This document shows positions 1-9,401 of a DNA stretch of 64,000 nucleotides, in pieces; within the stretch, counting starts at the first letter, position 1, and each line of letters opens with the position of its first letter. Origin of the DNA: Candidatus Latescibacterota bacterium (GTDB lineage Bacteria; Latescibacterota; UBA2968; GCA-2709665); assembly GCA_965116875.1 (NCBI GenBank), contig OZ220733.1, positions 1,248,001-1,312,000 on the forward strand. The letters run 5' to 3'. A program made the translations under genes and the position numbers. Below the pieces are notes generated by a model, which made no database searches, was not told where the DNA came from, and saw only the letters and a list, made by a program, of their open reading frames with translations.

Positions 1-497
1 ACGACGTCTGGTTCCAGGAAAACGCGCCAAAGTCCTTCCACTATTCGCCGGAGATGTACGGCGCGCTGGTGGACCGCATCCTCGATGACAGCGCCGCACG
101 GTTCCACGTGCCCTACGGCGTGATCCTTCACCCCGGCAATTGGGTGAGATATTCGAGGGCGCACGGGCTTGTTCTGCTTGAAAAGGCCGCGGAACGGAAT
201 GTACCTGTCTGGTCCTACGATCAGTGGTGCGATTTCTGGCTCCTGCGGGACCGGTGGCGCGTGAAGCACCTGTCCTGGAAGGACCATACGCTCCAATTCA
301 CGGCTGCGGGCGCGCCTGATGACGGAAACCTGCGCTGGTTGATTCCGGCGGAATACGGCGGACGGACGCTGAAGGAAGTTCGGGTGGACGGGCGACCGGC
401 GACGATCGGGACTGTGACCCGATACCGCCGGGACTTCGCCAAGGTGGCATTGGGCGCCGGAATCGACAGTTGCGATATATCGGCCGTCTACAGCTGA
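1..497 (+). CDS. C-terminal part of a hypothetical protein, possibly polysaccharide deacetylase-like (5' end outside window)
   Basis: Frame is open from position 3 (DVWFQENAPKSFHYSPEM...) to TGA 495-497; ILHPGNW and VPVWSYDQWCDFW resemble NodB-like C-termini. Confidence 0.55.
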   Translation, partial: DVWFQENAPKSFHYSPEMYGALVDRILDDSAARFHVPYGVILHPGNWVRYSRAHGLVLLEKAAERNVPVWSYDQWCDFWLLRDRWRVKHLSWKDHTLQFTAAGAPDDGNLRWLIPAEYGGRTLKEVRVDGRPATIGTVTRYRRDFAKVALGAGIDSCDISAVYS

Positions 498-581
498 AGG
501 AAGCCGTGCCGCCGGGTCAGGTCCGCCAGGGAACGGGTTTCGGACGAAAAACCGCCGGACAGAACACGAGGAGGTCGCGCA

Positions 582-1223
582 ATGCAAAAGCTCGTCTTTC
601 TGGGCATTGGATCCAATAACTCCGACATTCTGGACGCCGTGCGGGAAATCAATGCCCGGAAGCCGACCTATGAGGTGCTGGGATACGTGACGCGCAACGG
701 CAAACCCGTCAACAAGGGCGGCCTCAAACACCTGGGGGACTTCGACGCCGTTCGCGCCTTGCCGGACGACGTTCAGTTCACCGGATTTACTTTCGGTCCG
801 GGGAGTTATCAGACCTGGCCTGGAACGGTGGCCGGTCTGGGCCTGCCACGGGAACGATTCGCCACAATTGTCCATCCCCACGCGTTCGTTTCCCCGCATA
901 GCGCGGTGGGACGGGGATCGGTTGTTCTCGCGGGAACCACGGTGGGCGCATTCGTAACCATCGGCGACCACGTGATCATCCTCCAGAACGTGGGACTGTC
1001 CCACGACGACGTGATCGAGGATTACTCCTGCCTGGCGGTTGGGGTGAGCTTTTCGGGAAGCGTACGGGTGGAACGAAACTGTTTCCTGGGAACGAACTCG
1101 ACGATTATCGGGGCGACAATCGGCGAGGGAAGCATGGTGGGCGCGGGGACCCTTATCCGGCACGACGTGCCCGCGGGGGAGGTCTGGGTGGGCAATCCCG
1201 GCAGGTATCTCAGGAAGGTCTGA
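582..1223 (+). CDS. NeuD/PglD-family sugar O/N-acetyltransferase (left-handed beta-helix)
   Basis: RBS GAGGAGG; FATIVHPHAFVS, hexapeptide repeats, C-terminal VWVGNPGR. Confidence 0.85.
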   Translation: MQKLVFLGIGSNNSDILDAVREINARKPTYEVLGYVTRNGKPVNKGGLKHLGDFDAVRALPDDVQFTGFTFGPGSYQTWPGTVAGLGLPRERFATIVHPHAFVSPHSAVGRGSVVLAGTTVGAFVTIGDHVIILQNVGLSHDDVIEDYSCLAVGVSFSGSVRVERNCFLGTNSTIIGATIGEGSMVGAGTLIRHDVPAGEVWVGNPGRYLRKV

Positions 1224-1265
1224 ACTGCGCGAACGCAACCGGAGACCGGACCCCGCGTTGAACCC

Positions 1266-1949
1266 TTACCATATCCAGCCGCGGCGTCCCCCCTCAGGGT
1301 CTTCCGGCGTTTTGCCGACGACGATATCAAAATTCGCCGTTAATTCACCAATTTTCGATCCGGGCAGCGGCTTGAACGGCACTGCCAACAGATCCCGCGA
1401 TGCGCGTCCGGGCCTCCGGAATATGGAGTCCCGCTCGTTGTCCGGATTGCCCTTGACGTACATCTGGGTGGTCAGGGCCCGGCGTCCGTTCCTGTCGATC
1501 GCAAAGTGAATATGTGCCGCGCGGGCGCCGGAATATCTCACGGGCTTGATCGTACGGAAACGGTATTCCCCCGTGGAACCGGTTTCGAATCGTCCGAATC
1601 CCTGAAAGTTCCGGTCCCGCCGGTCTTTCCGCGGGGCATCGGTATGGATGTAGACGCCGTTGCTGTCGACCTGCCAGATCTCCACAACGGCATTTTTCAC
1701 GGGTTGGCCGTTCGCATCGGTGACGCGCCCGGTCAGATGCGTGATTTCTCCCACCGCCGGCGTGATCGCGTCGTTGATGATCAGGAGGTCGTTATCGACG
1801 TCCAGCGGCATCCTGTCCGGATAAAAGGGACCTTCCGTCTGCCAGGGCGTTCGAATCAGTTCCTCGGCAAATACCCCCGGCGTCACAAACGCCGCGGCGC
1901 CCAGAGTCCCTGCATGACAAAGAAAACGCCGTCGATCGATGGACATCAT
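1266..1949 (-). CDS. Intradiol ring-cleavage dioxygenase-like protein (protocatechuate 3,4-dioxygenase beta family) with Tat signal
   Basis: DRRRFL twin-arginine motif; TEGPFY, VEIWQVDSNGVY, KPVRY, RAAHIHF iron-ligand motifs. Confidence 0.85.
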   Translation of the reverse strand: MMSIDRRRFLCHAGTLGAAAFVTPGVFAEELIRTPWQTEGPFYPDRMPLDVDNDLLIINDAITPAVGEITHLTGRVTDANGQPVKNAVVEIWQVDSNGVYIHTDAPRKDRRDRNFQGFGRFETGSTGEYRFRTIKPVRYSGARAAHIHFAIDRNGRRALTTQMYVKGNPDNERDSIFRRPGRASRDLLAVPFKPLPGSKIGELTANFDIVVGKTPEDPEGGRRGWIW

Positions 1950-2062
1950 GGCCTCCCCGGAAGATAAACGATCAGTTGAACGCCGTCATTTAGACCGCTC
2001 TCCAGTCGGGATAGTTCCAATGCGGGGGTTTAATGTGAGTCCTGTTACCGGTCCTACACCGG

Positions 2063-3316
2063 CTAATGGTTATAAGTCAGGTGCAATTCGAGGAAACTGT
2101 CTCTACGGCTGGCGTAGGACAGGTCGCCGGCGTCGACGTCGAGAAGGGCAATCGCCTCCAGATGCAGGGAGAACCTGCCGGAGATTCGCCGGTTCAATTC
2201 GAACGTCAGCACACGTGTGGTCGTGTCGAAATCGTTCATCATGCTGCCGAGTATTTCGGTACTCCGGATGTCATTGAACGCGAGTCGAGCCGCCAGGAAG
2301 AGGTCGTTCTGAAAGATATTCGTGGCGTTCCGGCCGCGGCCGTCGTAGTTCCATTCCCCGATCAGGCTCAGATCGGCTGCGGAGCCGATCACGGAAAAAA
2401 CCGTATACTCGCCGCCCAGTGTGGCGGCAACGTAGTCTTCCTCCACACCGCGTCGGTCCCGCGCGCCGGCCCTTCCGAGCCCTTCGAGCTTGAACAGCCA
2501 CGGTCCGGCCGTCAACTGAGCGTCCAGCCCGAACTGCCGGATCCGTTCATAGCCGGGTACCAGTACCGGACGGCCGTTTGGGTCGATGCCTGGTGACAGC
2601 AGGGGTTCTCTGCTATTGCCGTCGAATACGCTGACGCCAACGTCCATCTCGCCGGAACTTCTGCTGTATCGGGCGGCGAACTCCGGGCGCCACCGTCCGG
2701 CGCCACTCTCATACGAAACCCGCTCATTGTCTACAACAAGCGGGAATCGCAGGCGGCCGGACATTCCCGGAAAGGTGCGGACGCGGTGTCCGGTCATTCC
2801 GAATACTTCCACCGCGCCCCAGTCTCCGGACATTGTGAGATGGGCCATCGCCTGGCCCATTGAAGGCTCCCTGTACGGGTGTTCAACCAGGTCGACCTGA
2901 TTGACGATATTCACCAGGCGGCGGGATTCGGTCACACCCCAGAAAACCCTGTCGACGCCCAGACGCACTTCCCATTCCTGATTGCGGAACTCGCCGAAGG
3001 CAAGAAAATAGGCTTCCCGCAGATCGACGTGGGTGCGCCGTTCGTCCCCGGCGTCGAAGCGCAGGAACGGAGCCAGGGTGAAGCTTCTGCCCCGCGCATC
3101 CTCGACGTAGAGCCTGGGCTCGGCGACAATGCCGCTGCCGTGGGAGCGCTGGCCGGGATAGGCGCCGGTCCGGGGAAACCAGCGGCTCTCCACACTCAGG
3201 CGTCCGGACAATTCCCGCGTTTCGATCCGGGCAACTGCATCGCCGGAAAATACGGTCACAAGCATACAGATTGCGACGAGCAGAACGATCTGTTTGACTA
3301 CACGATTCGGCATCAA
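2063..3316 (-). CDS. Putative outer-membrane beta-barrel protein
   Basis: Signal peptide, DLREAY and VFWGVTESRRLVNIVNQVD motifs, amphipathic strands, ends LHLTYNH; ATGA overlap with upstream gene. Confidence 0.7.
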   Translation of the reverse strand: MMPNRVVKQIVLLVAICMLVTVFSGDAVARIETRELSGRLSVESRWFPRTGAYPGQRSHGSGIVAEPRLYVEDARGRSFTLAPFLRFDAGDERRTHVDLREAYFLAFGEFRNQEWEVRLGVDRVFWGVTESRRLVNIVNQVDLVEHPYREPSMGQAMAHLTMSGDWGAVEVFGMTGHRVRTFPGMSGRLRFPLVVDNERVSYESGAGRWRPEFAARYSRSSGEMDVGVSVFDGNSREPLLSPGIDPNGRPVLVPGYERIRQFGLDAQLTAGPWLFKLEGLGRAGARDRRGVEEDYVAATLGGEYTVFSVIGSAADLSLIGEWNYDGRGRNATNIFQNDLFLAARLAFNDIRSTEILGSMMNDFDTTTRVLTFELNRRISGRFSLHLEAIALLDVDAGDLSYASRRDSFLELHLTYNH

Positions 3317-4128
3317 CGCGTCCGTTTCAGTCCGGTGCGTGAAAAGTCCCGGTCGCCGAGATCAGTCCCGAACTTGTAGTCCGTCCAGGACAGCACCGTA
3401 CTTTTTCCGGTGAGGTGATTGACCATGGTCATCACCCCCGCGCGCCAGTAACGACCCGCGTAAAGTGCGTAATTATCCAGCGTGAGCGTCTTCAGATGCG
3501 CGTCCTTGCGGTCGTAGTACTGCACTTTCCGGACGCGAAGCTCGCCCCTGTCGCGCCACACCACCTGGCGGCTGTAGCCAGATTTCTTGTCCGTGGGGAA
3601 GCGTTCCGTTACCGTACACGTCAAATCGCCGCAGGGCTCGTCACGCAGATAGCGGTAAGTGAATTTTTCCACGGCCTGGGCGGTCATGTCTTCATAGGCG
3701 AACTCACTGCCCATGAAAGAACCGGACCGGTTCGACGAACTGATCCGTTTGACGCGTTTCAATGCGGGCAGATAAAGCCATTGATCGTCCGCCCGGTCAC
3801 GGTGCGCGTGGACGAGAAGCGCCGTTCCCTTGACGTCGCGAGGCTCGTCGAATACAAACAGGCTCTTGTCGCCGGCGCCAGGTACTTCCAGTACCTTTAC
3901 GCGGAGCTGGCGCTGGCTTTCCTGCCCGTGCTTGTTGCGAAGCACCATGACCTGCTGCGCCGTGAAGTTGCCGAAGCCTTCCTCACGCGCACGGGATTCC
4001 CGGGCGATGCTCAGCCCTGTCGCATCGGACACGGTGTTCTGCGAGTGAACGGATGCCGGCGCGCCGACGCCCGCCGCGACAATCAGCCATGGCGTCGAAA
4101 ACGCGAGCAGTCTTCGTGAATAACTCAT
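3313..4128 (-). CDS. LolA-like outer-membrane lipoprotein-sorting protein
   Basis: ATG at 4128 overlaps MMPL stop (ATGA); signal peptide; FDEPRDVKGTALL, DDQWLYLPALKRVKRIS, SFMGSEFAYED motifs. Confidence 0.85.
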   Translation of the reverse strand: MSYSRRLLAFSTPWLIVAAGVGAPASVHSQNTVSDATGLSIARESRAREEGFGNFTAQQVMVLRNKHGQESQRQLRVKVLEVPGAGDKSLFVFDEPRDVKGTALLVHAHRDRADDQWLYLPALKRVKRISSSNRSGSFMGSEFAYEDMTAQAVEKFTYRYLRDEPCGDLTCTVTERFPTDKKSGYSRQVVWRDRGELRVRKVQYYDRKDAHLKTLTLDNYALYAGRYWRAGVMTMVNHLTGKSTVLSWTDYKFGTDLGDRDFSRTGLKRTR

Positions 4129-6416
4129 AATTTCCTCCGGTCGATGGTCATCAGCAGCGTGGGCAGGAGCAGGAAGTCGGCGAGCAGCGCGAAGATGATC
4201 GTGATCGTGACCAGAAGGCCGAGCGCCCAACTCACCTGGAACCCCGACGTTGCGAATACCAGAAAGCCTGCCGACAGAACCGTAGTGGTTGTCCACAAAG
4301 CATGCCCCACCGTGCGGAAGGCATAGCGCACCGCCTCCGGTGCGGCGAGGTCCTCGCGCCTGGCCTTGAGATACTTGCTTAGAAAGTGAATCGTATCGTC
4401 CACGACAATCCCGAAGACCACGGCGATGACGACCGATGACGCGATGCCCACGTTGCCCACGAGGTAGCCCCACAGCCCGAAGCTCATGATCGCCGGGATG
4501 AAATTCGGCAGAAGACTGAGGAGCCCGATCCGTACGCTCTTGAAGATCCATATCAGAATAAACGAAATGAGCGCCATGGCCAGGATCGTCCCCCGCAGCA
4601 TGCTCTTGATGTTCCGCAGCGACAGGTGTGCGAAGACAATGCTCAGTCCGGATGCCTCCTGCGCGAAATCGGGCGCGTTTGCGCGAAGCCAGACCTGTGC
4701 GCGTGCATCGAGTTCGCGCAGATCGCGAGACCACGCGTTTCTGGTGGTGACGACCATGCGAGTCGCGGATTTGGCGACATCTATGCGATCGTTGAGATCG
4801 CTTCCAAAGGGCAGCGACAATTCGTAGAGCAGCAGGTACTGCGCGGCGAGCTCCGGGTCATCGGGCAGACGATGTAACGCCGGATCATCCCCGTGCATGT
4901 TTCTGTTCAGCCGTTTCATGATGTCCGAAAACACCTGGACGTGAGTCACCTCGGGCTGCTGCCGGTACCACCCGGCGAAAGCATCGATCCGGCGCAGATA
5001 TTCCGGGTCGGTGATGCCGCCGTCGCGTCCCGAGTTCAATGAATACTCCAGCTTGTCCAGCCCGGTCAGATTCTCGATGATAAAGTCGGTATCGCGACGG
5101 AACTCGTAACGGTCGTCGAAATACTGAGCCATGTTGTCGCTCAGTTCAATGCGGGAAACCCCCAGGACCAGCCCGGCGACCACAAGTACCATTGCGACCA
5201 GCAGGAATCTGCTCCGTGCGATGACGAAGTCGGCGAAACGGTCGAGGAAATGGGTATCTCGAGGACCTCGGGCGGCCACACGCAGCGGCAGGATGGATAA
5301 CAGGGCGGGCAGGAGCGTGACTGAAAACACGAAAGCACACAGGACGCCGAATGCAACGCAGTTGCCCAATGTATGAAAGGGCGGTGAATCCGAGGCATTC
5401 AGGCTGAGGAACCCGACCGCGGTCGTGACGGAGGTAATGAATACCGGATTGACATTGATCCGGAACGACTCGACGATTGCCTCGTTCTTTTCCAGGCCCC
5501 GTCTCATGCCAAGCAGGACACTCGTCACGATATGTATGGCGTCGGCCATGGCGATCACCATGACGATTATCGGCACCCCGGCGTTCGTGGGGCTGAACAC
5601 AACGCGGCTCCAGCCAGCAAACCCGACGGTCGTATTGACAACGAACACGATCACGGCAACGATGGCCAACGTGCCTGAAACCGATCGCAGAAGCAGGATC
5701 GTGGCGCCGATGATGATGACGAACACGATCGGCGTCAGCGTCTGGAGGTCGTCCTGGGTGGCATCGGAAAACGTGCGGTTCATCACAACGTCGCCTGTAA
5801 GATGGTAGGCGATGTCCGGATGCCTTGCGCGGGCGTCGCTCAGGATCGAACGGAGATAGTCGGTGATTTCAACGACGGCCAGGTCCGGGTTCTCCGGCAG
5901 GACGAAGTTGACAGCCACACCGGCCGTGCGTCCATCGTGGGAAACCAGGCGTCCGGCGATTTCGGCGGCCTCCAGCGCGATCCCTTCAACGCGGGCCGCC
6001 CCGGCGTCGCTCAGCGCCTGCGCGTCATCCACGAGCGGCGCGACAATCAGCTCATCCCCCGACGCCTCGCTGTGCGTATAGTTGGTGAGGGAGTTGACGC
6101 GGCTGGAGTAGGGCGCACGCCACGCGGCACCGGTCATTTCTTCAACCGCGACCAGCGCTTCGCGGGTGAACACGGAGCCCTGCCCGGGCGTAATGGCGAT
6201 CAATGCCGCGTTGGACGTGGCGTAGGTGTTCTCGAGCGCGTCGAATGCGAGAAGCTGAGGGTTGTCTTCACTGAACAGAACGCGGTAGTCGTTCGTTACC
6301 GTGATCAACCGGACTCCGCCCGTCATGGCCGCCATCAGCAGCGTCGCCGCCGCGACGACAATCCACCGATATCGCAGAATGGCGTCTATATATCGATCCT
6401 GGAGCATAAGCGTCAT
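4125..6416 (-). CDS. MMPL/RND-family membrane transporter
   Basis: 763 aa, two repeats of TM + periplasmic domain + 5 TM; ADAIHI and GIVVDDTIHFLSKY motifs. Confidence 0.9.
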   Translation of the reverse strand: MTLMLQDRYIDAILRYRWIVVAAATLLMAAMTGGVRLITVTNDYRVLFSEDNPQLLAFDALENTYATSNAALIAITPGQGSVFTREALVAVEEMTGAAWRAPYSSRVNSLTNYTHSEASGDELIVAPLVDDAQALSDAGAARVEGIALEAAEIAGRLVSHDGRTAGVAVNFVLPENPDLAVVEITDYLRSILSDARARHPDIAYHLTGDVVMNRTFSDATQDDLQTLTPIVFVIIIGATILLLRSVSGTLAIVAVIVFVVNTTVGFAGWSRVVFSPTNAGVPIIVMVIAMADAIHIVTSVLLGMRRGLEKNEAIVESFRINVNPVFITSVTTAVGFLSLNASDSPPFHTLGNCVAFGVLCAFVFSVTLLPALLSILPLRVAARGPRDTHFLDRFADFVIARSRFLLVAMVLVVAGLVLGVSRIELSDNMAQYFDDRYEFRRDTDFIIENLTGLDKLEYSLNSGRDGGITDPEYLRRIDAFAGWYRQQPEVTHVQVFSDIMKRLNRNMHGDDPALHRLPDDPELAAQYLLLYELSLPFGSDLNDRIDVAKSATRMVVTTRNAWSRDLRELDARAQVWLRANAPDFAQEASGLSIVFAHLSLRNIKSMLRGTILAMALISFILIWIFKSVRIGLLSLLPNFIPAIMSFGLWGYLVGNVGIASSVVIAVVFGIVVDDTIHFLSKYLKARREDLAAPEAVRYAFRTVGHALWTTTTVLSAGFLVFATSGFQVSWALGLLVTITIIFALLADFLLLPTLLMTIDRRKL

Positions 6417-6538
6417 CGCCGCTCCCGTCCATGGCCGGGAGCGGCGACGATCTCACCCTGGTTGACGGTCGACAGTGTCAACACCGGTACCCTCAGAGGA
6501 ATTCGTCCCATCAAGTCTATGAGTCTCCTGTTTTCCAT
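6413..6538 (-). CDS. Putative 41-aa leader/coupling peptide (MENRRLIDLMGRIPLRVPVLTLSTVNQGEIVAAPGHGRERR)
   Basis: ATG 6538, stop TGA overlaps the MMPL ATG (ATGA); reads through a 12-bp hairpin covering the MMPL RBS. Confidence 0.3.
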   Translation of the reverse strand: MENRRLIDLMGRIPLRVPVLTLSTVNQGEIVAAPGHGRERR

Positions 6539-6570
6539 CTGACGGGGGAGGTCGTTTCCGCGCACATCGA

Positions 6571-7743
6571 TCAGTAAGGGTTCGACTTTGAGGATTGTAC
6601 GTGATCCGGCATTCTGTAGCTCATTCCGCCAAGTCCCACCTCGTCGTACACCGAGATCTCCAGCATCTGGGTGAAGTTTTCCGACCGGATCGACTGTTTG
6701 CTCTTCAGCAGGTGCTGCAAGCGTTGCTTCAGCCGATACAACAGAAGTACCCCGAATGTGTTGGTTTTGGGAAATCGCAGCTTGTCCGCCAGACTGTTTC
6801 CGATCAGGGATCTTGAAAGGCGGTAGGCCAGCGCTTTCACGTCCCGCTGTTCATCGGGATCCTCGATACCCGCCGTCAGCGGGATGGCCTCGACCAGCGC
6901 GTTGGCCATCGTGGCTGAGTCGTGGTCCGGCTCCGGCTCGCACATCAGGGCGATCTTGAAAATCTCACGGGCGTGCGCTTCATCTGTGAACAGAATGGAC
7001 TCGGGCACACCCATCACGTGACCCGCGTACCGCCAGATCCGGATGATGCTGTCTCTTTCTTCCTGATTGAGCGTGGCCCCCACGGCGATCGAGTGCTGCA
7101 TCAGCCGCATGGAGAAGACGGTGATGGCGAATCCCAGATGCGCCGCGCTCAACGGGATGCCCCAGGCTTCGGTATTCCACTCGTTGGAATTCGCCAGCAG
7201 GTGCCTGACTTTTGCGTGGACGAAACGAAGGCGCATGGACAGTTTCCATCCGTCGCCGTCTCTCCGCAAACCTCCCGGAAAGAACAACTCCAGGAGATGC
7301 CGGTTATTCTGCATGAGGCGCCTTCTTGCCGTCGACCGGTTCAACACGCGTCCGGTGGTGGCGAATGACTTGGCGATCATGGTCGCGAACCCCTCGATCA
7401 GCACGCCCGTAACGAATGCGACCAGGATGTTCGTCGTGTTCATATGAAAGGCGCGCATGCCGGCCCTGAAGGATTCGTACTCGAACCAGGGCGGATCTTC
7501 AAGATTGTCGAAAAAATCGCGCAGCGCCGAGGGAGCGCTGCGCATGACGTCTTCCTCCTCGTCGATGCCGGCCTTGATGAACCGATGCAGGTCCTGGGGT
7601 GGAAGGCCGGCTAATTCCTCCATGACCGGATCGAGAGAGGGGTCGCCGACCGTCGTGTGTCTGATATAGTTGTCGGCGAGCTCACGGTTGTAACGCCGTC
7701 CCACCGGATAGCCGTCGATATATGCGGAAGGTACCGTTATGAT
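6571..7743 (-). CDS. MpaB/Lcp-like (DUF2236) heme oxygenase family protein; start ATC at 7743 or GTG at 7704
   Basis: GDPSLDPV, DPPWF, RRRLMQN, RLRFVHAKVRH (heme His), WGIPLS, WRYAGHVMGVPE motifs; no signal peptide. Confidence 0.8.
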   Translation of the reverse strand: MITVPSAYIDGYPVGRRYNRELADNYIRHTTVGDPSLDPVMEELAGLPPQDLHRFIKAGIDEEEDVMRSAPSALRDFFDNLEDPPWFEYESFRAGMRAFHMNTTNILVAFVTGVLIEGFATMIAKSFATTGRVLNRSTARRRLMQNNRHLLELFFPGGLRRDGDGWKLSMRLRFVHAKVRHLLANSNEWNTEAWGIPLSAAHLGFAITVFSMRLMQHSIAVGATLNQEERDSIIRIWRYAGHVMGVPESILFTDEAHAREIFKIALMCEPEPDHDSATMANALVEAIPLTAGIEDPDEQRDVKALAYRLSRSLIGNSLADKLRFPKTNTFGVLLLYRLKQRLQHLLKSKQSIRSENFTQMLEISVYDEVGLGGMSYRMPDHVQSSKSNPY

Positions 7744-7861
7744 GCCGCTGTCTCCTCAGGTGCTGCCTTCGAACCCCGGCGGTCTGCGCATAACTCCGAC
7801 AGTAGCAGTCCGCGCGGGTGGAATCTCCGTCCGCTGGCTCACGTCGCAGGCGCGATTTTCC

Positions 7862-7874
7862 GTGATTCAATCAC
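7862..7874. promoter_or_regulatory. Palindromic operator-like site GTGATT-C-AATCAC
   Basis: Perfect 6-bp inverted repeat just downstream of the predicted start of the oxygenase-MMPL transcript. Confidence 0.4.
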
Positions 7875-7897
7875 TTAATCTAATACTTTTGCACGAA

Positions 7898-7926
7898 AAT
7901 ATAGCGGCCATTCTCGCGAAAGTCAA
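7898..7926 (-). promoter_or_regulatory. Sigma70-type promoter of the oxygenase-MMPL operon
   Basis: TTGACT-17 nt-TATATT on the minus strand. Confidence 0.6.
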
Positions 7927-8177
7927 TAGTCTTCACGCGATAACTTCACGCCGTCCGGACCACGCATCGATCGCTCTTCCCGTAGCGCCAAACGCGGCAG
8001 CCCTCAAGATTCTGCTTTGCCATGGTGGAGAAAATGCACATATCATACGACTGTCTGATGCCGGAGATGAAAACCATTCCCGCACACGGACAGCTTGGCG
8101 GACTTTCACCGCGCGGTCCGATCCCTGCCGTATATGTCCCGGCCATCGCGAACTACCCGATCACATTGGCTCGCAAT

Positions 8178-9281
8178 ATGACACGCGCCAGTTCCCCATC
8201 AGCCGTCATCCGGCGAACGCGCTATATCGTTGAGGTGATTTCCCGACGCTTCGACCTCGGTACCTGGCGCCGGACGTCCCGCCTCACGGGCGGCGTGCTC
8301 AATGAAGTGTATCTGGCCGAAACGTCGCGAGGCGGATTTCTCATTCGCGTGAATCGCGTCCGAAGGTCGATGGCCGAGATTGAACGCCTGTCGACATTCC
8401 TGTCGCACCTGCGCTGTCGCGGTTTACCGGTGGACGAGTTGATTCGGTCGACCGACGGAGGGGTTGCCGCAAAGATCGACGGCGAACTGTTTTCAGTACA
8501 CCGATATATCCCGGGGACGGTATACCCCTCTGCGGCAGAGCTGAACGGATCTCAGACCGAGAATATGATGACGTTTCTGGCGCAATACCATTCCGCGTCT
8601 GGGGCTTATCGCGACGACGGGACACTTACTGTCCGGGATGATACGATGCCGGTCATGTACACCGACGATCCGGGCCGCCTCCGGGAGCGGCTGAAGGACC
8701 TCACGAAAACTGACCGGGACGTAGAGTCCACCGTAGACCGTGCGATCGACCGGGTGGCCTCGTTCTTTTCCTCAGTTGCATTCCGGGATCTCAAACGGAC
8801 GTGGATCCACGGCGACTTCAGGTCGTGCAACCTGGCGTTCGATGCAGACAGAGTGAGCGGGCTCTTCGACTGGGACCTGCTTTGCAGCGGACCGCGGCTG
8901 TTCGACGTTGTGGTTGCGTCCAGCGACCTGGCCAGGACGTTCATCGGCCCCCTGTCCAGCAATTCCGCGGCGTGGCTGGGTGAATTCGTGCGTCATCCTG
9001 GCGCCTACCGGAAGGAAGCGCGACGACTCGGGGCGGATTTGAACGAGTCCGAGGTCGCGTCCATCCCGTACCTGCTGCTGGCCGACACCATTCTCAGCGG
9101 TGTACTCTTCGCGTTGCACCTGAGACGACTGCCGCTGAAGCCGGGTGAATCGGCGAACCAACGCTGTCAACGGTCCGACAGGCTCCTCTCGGAGTCCGTT
9201 GACGACCTCGTTGCGATCGACAGCCTGATCGGCAGCGGGGATACGAGCAACTCCCTGACGCGGGAAATTGCCGACCTTTGA
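8178..9281 (+). CDS. APH / homoserine kinase type II family phosphotransferase (start uncertain; frame open from 8022)
   Basis: LTGGVLNEVY, WIHGDFRSCNL, LFDWD motifs. Confidence 0.8.
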   Translation: MTRASSPSAVIRRTRYIVEVISRRFDLGTWRRTSRLTGGVLNEVYLAETSRGGFLIRVNRVRRSMAEIERLSTFLSHLRCRGLPVDELIRSTDGGVAAKIDGELFSVHRYIPGTVYPSAAELNGSQTENMMTFLAQYHSASGAYRDDGTLTVRDDTMPVMYTDDPGRLRERLKDLTKTDRDVESTVDRAIDRVASFFSSVAFRDLKRTWIHGDFRSCNLAFDADRVSGLFDWDLLCSGPRLFDVVVASSDLARTFIGPLSSNSAAWLGEFVRHPGAYRKEARRLGADLNESEVASIPYLLLADTILSGVLFALHLRRLPLKPGESANQRCQRSDRLLSESVDDLVAIDSLIGSGDTSNSLTREIADL

Positions 9282-9343
9282 GGGGCGTCATGGCACGAAC
9301 GGGCCCCGCCACGTTCTTCTGTTCTCAATCTATGGTCTTGGAT

Positions 9344-9395
9344 TTAGGCTATTTCAAAGTTAAAGATTGACATAGCATATAAATTTCGTTACTTT
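9344..9395 (+). promoter_or_regulatory. Promoter with overlapping palindromic operator; probably gives a leaderless mRNA
   Basis: TTGACA (9367-9372)-17 nt-TACTTT (9390-9395), ATG only 6 nt later, no SD; TTAGGCTATTTCAA-N9-TTGACATAGC overlaps the -35. Confidence 0.6.
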
Positions 9396-9401
9396 CCCCG
9401 T

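Noticed and set aside
4129-4734. Long N-terminal extension of the LolA-like ORF (track 3313-4734)
   Set aside because: Alternative frame inside the MMPL gene; signal peptide begins at ATG 4128
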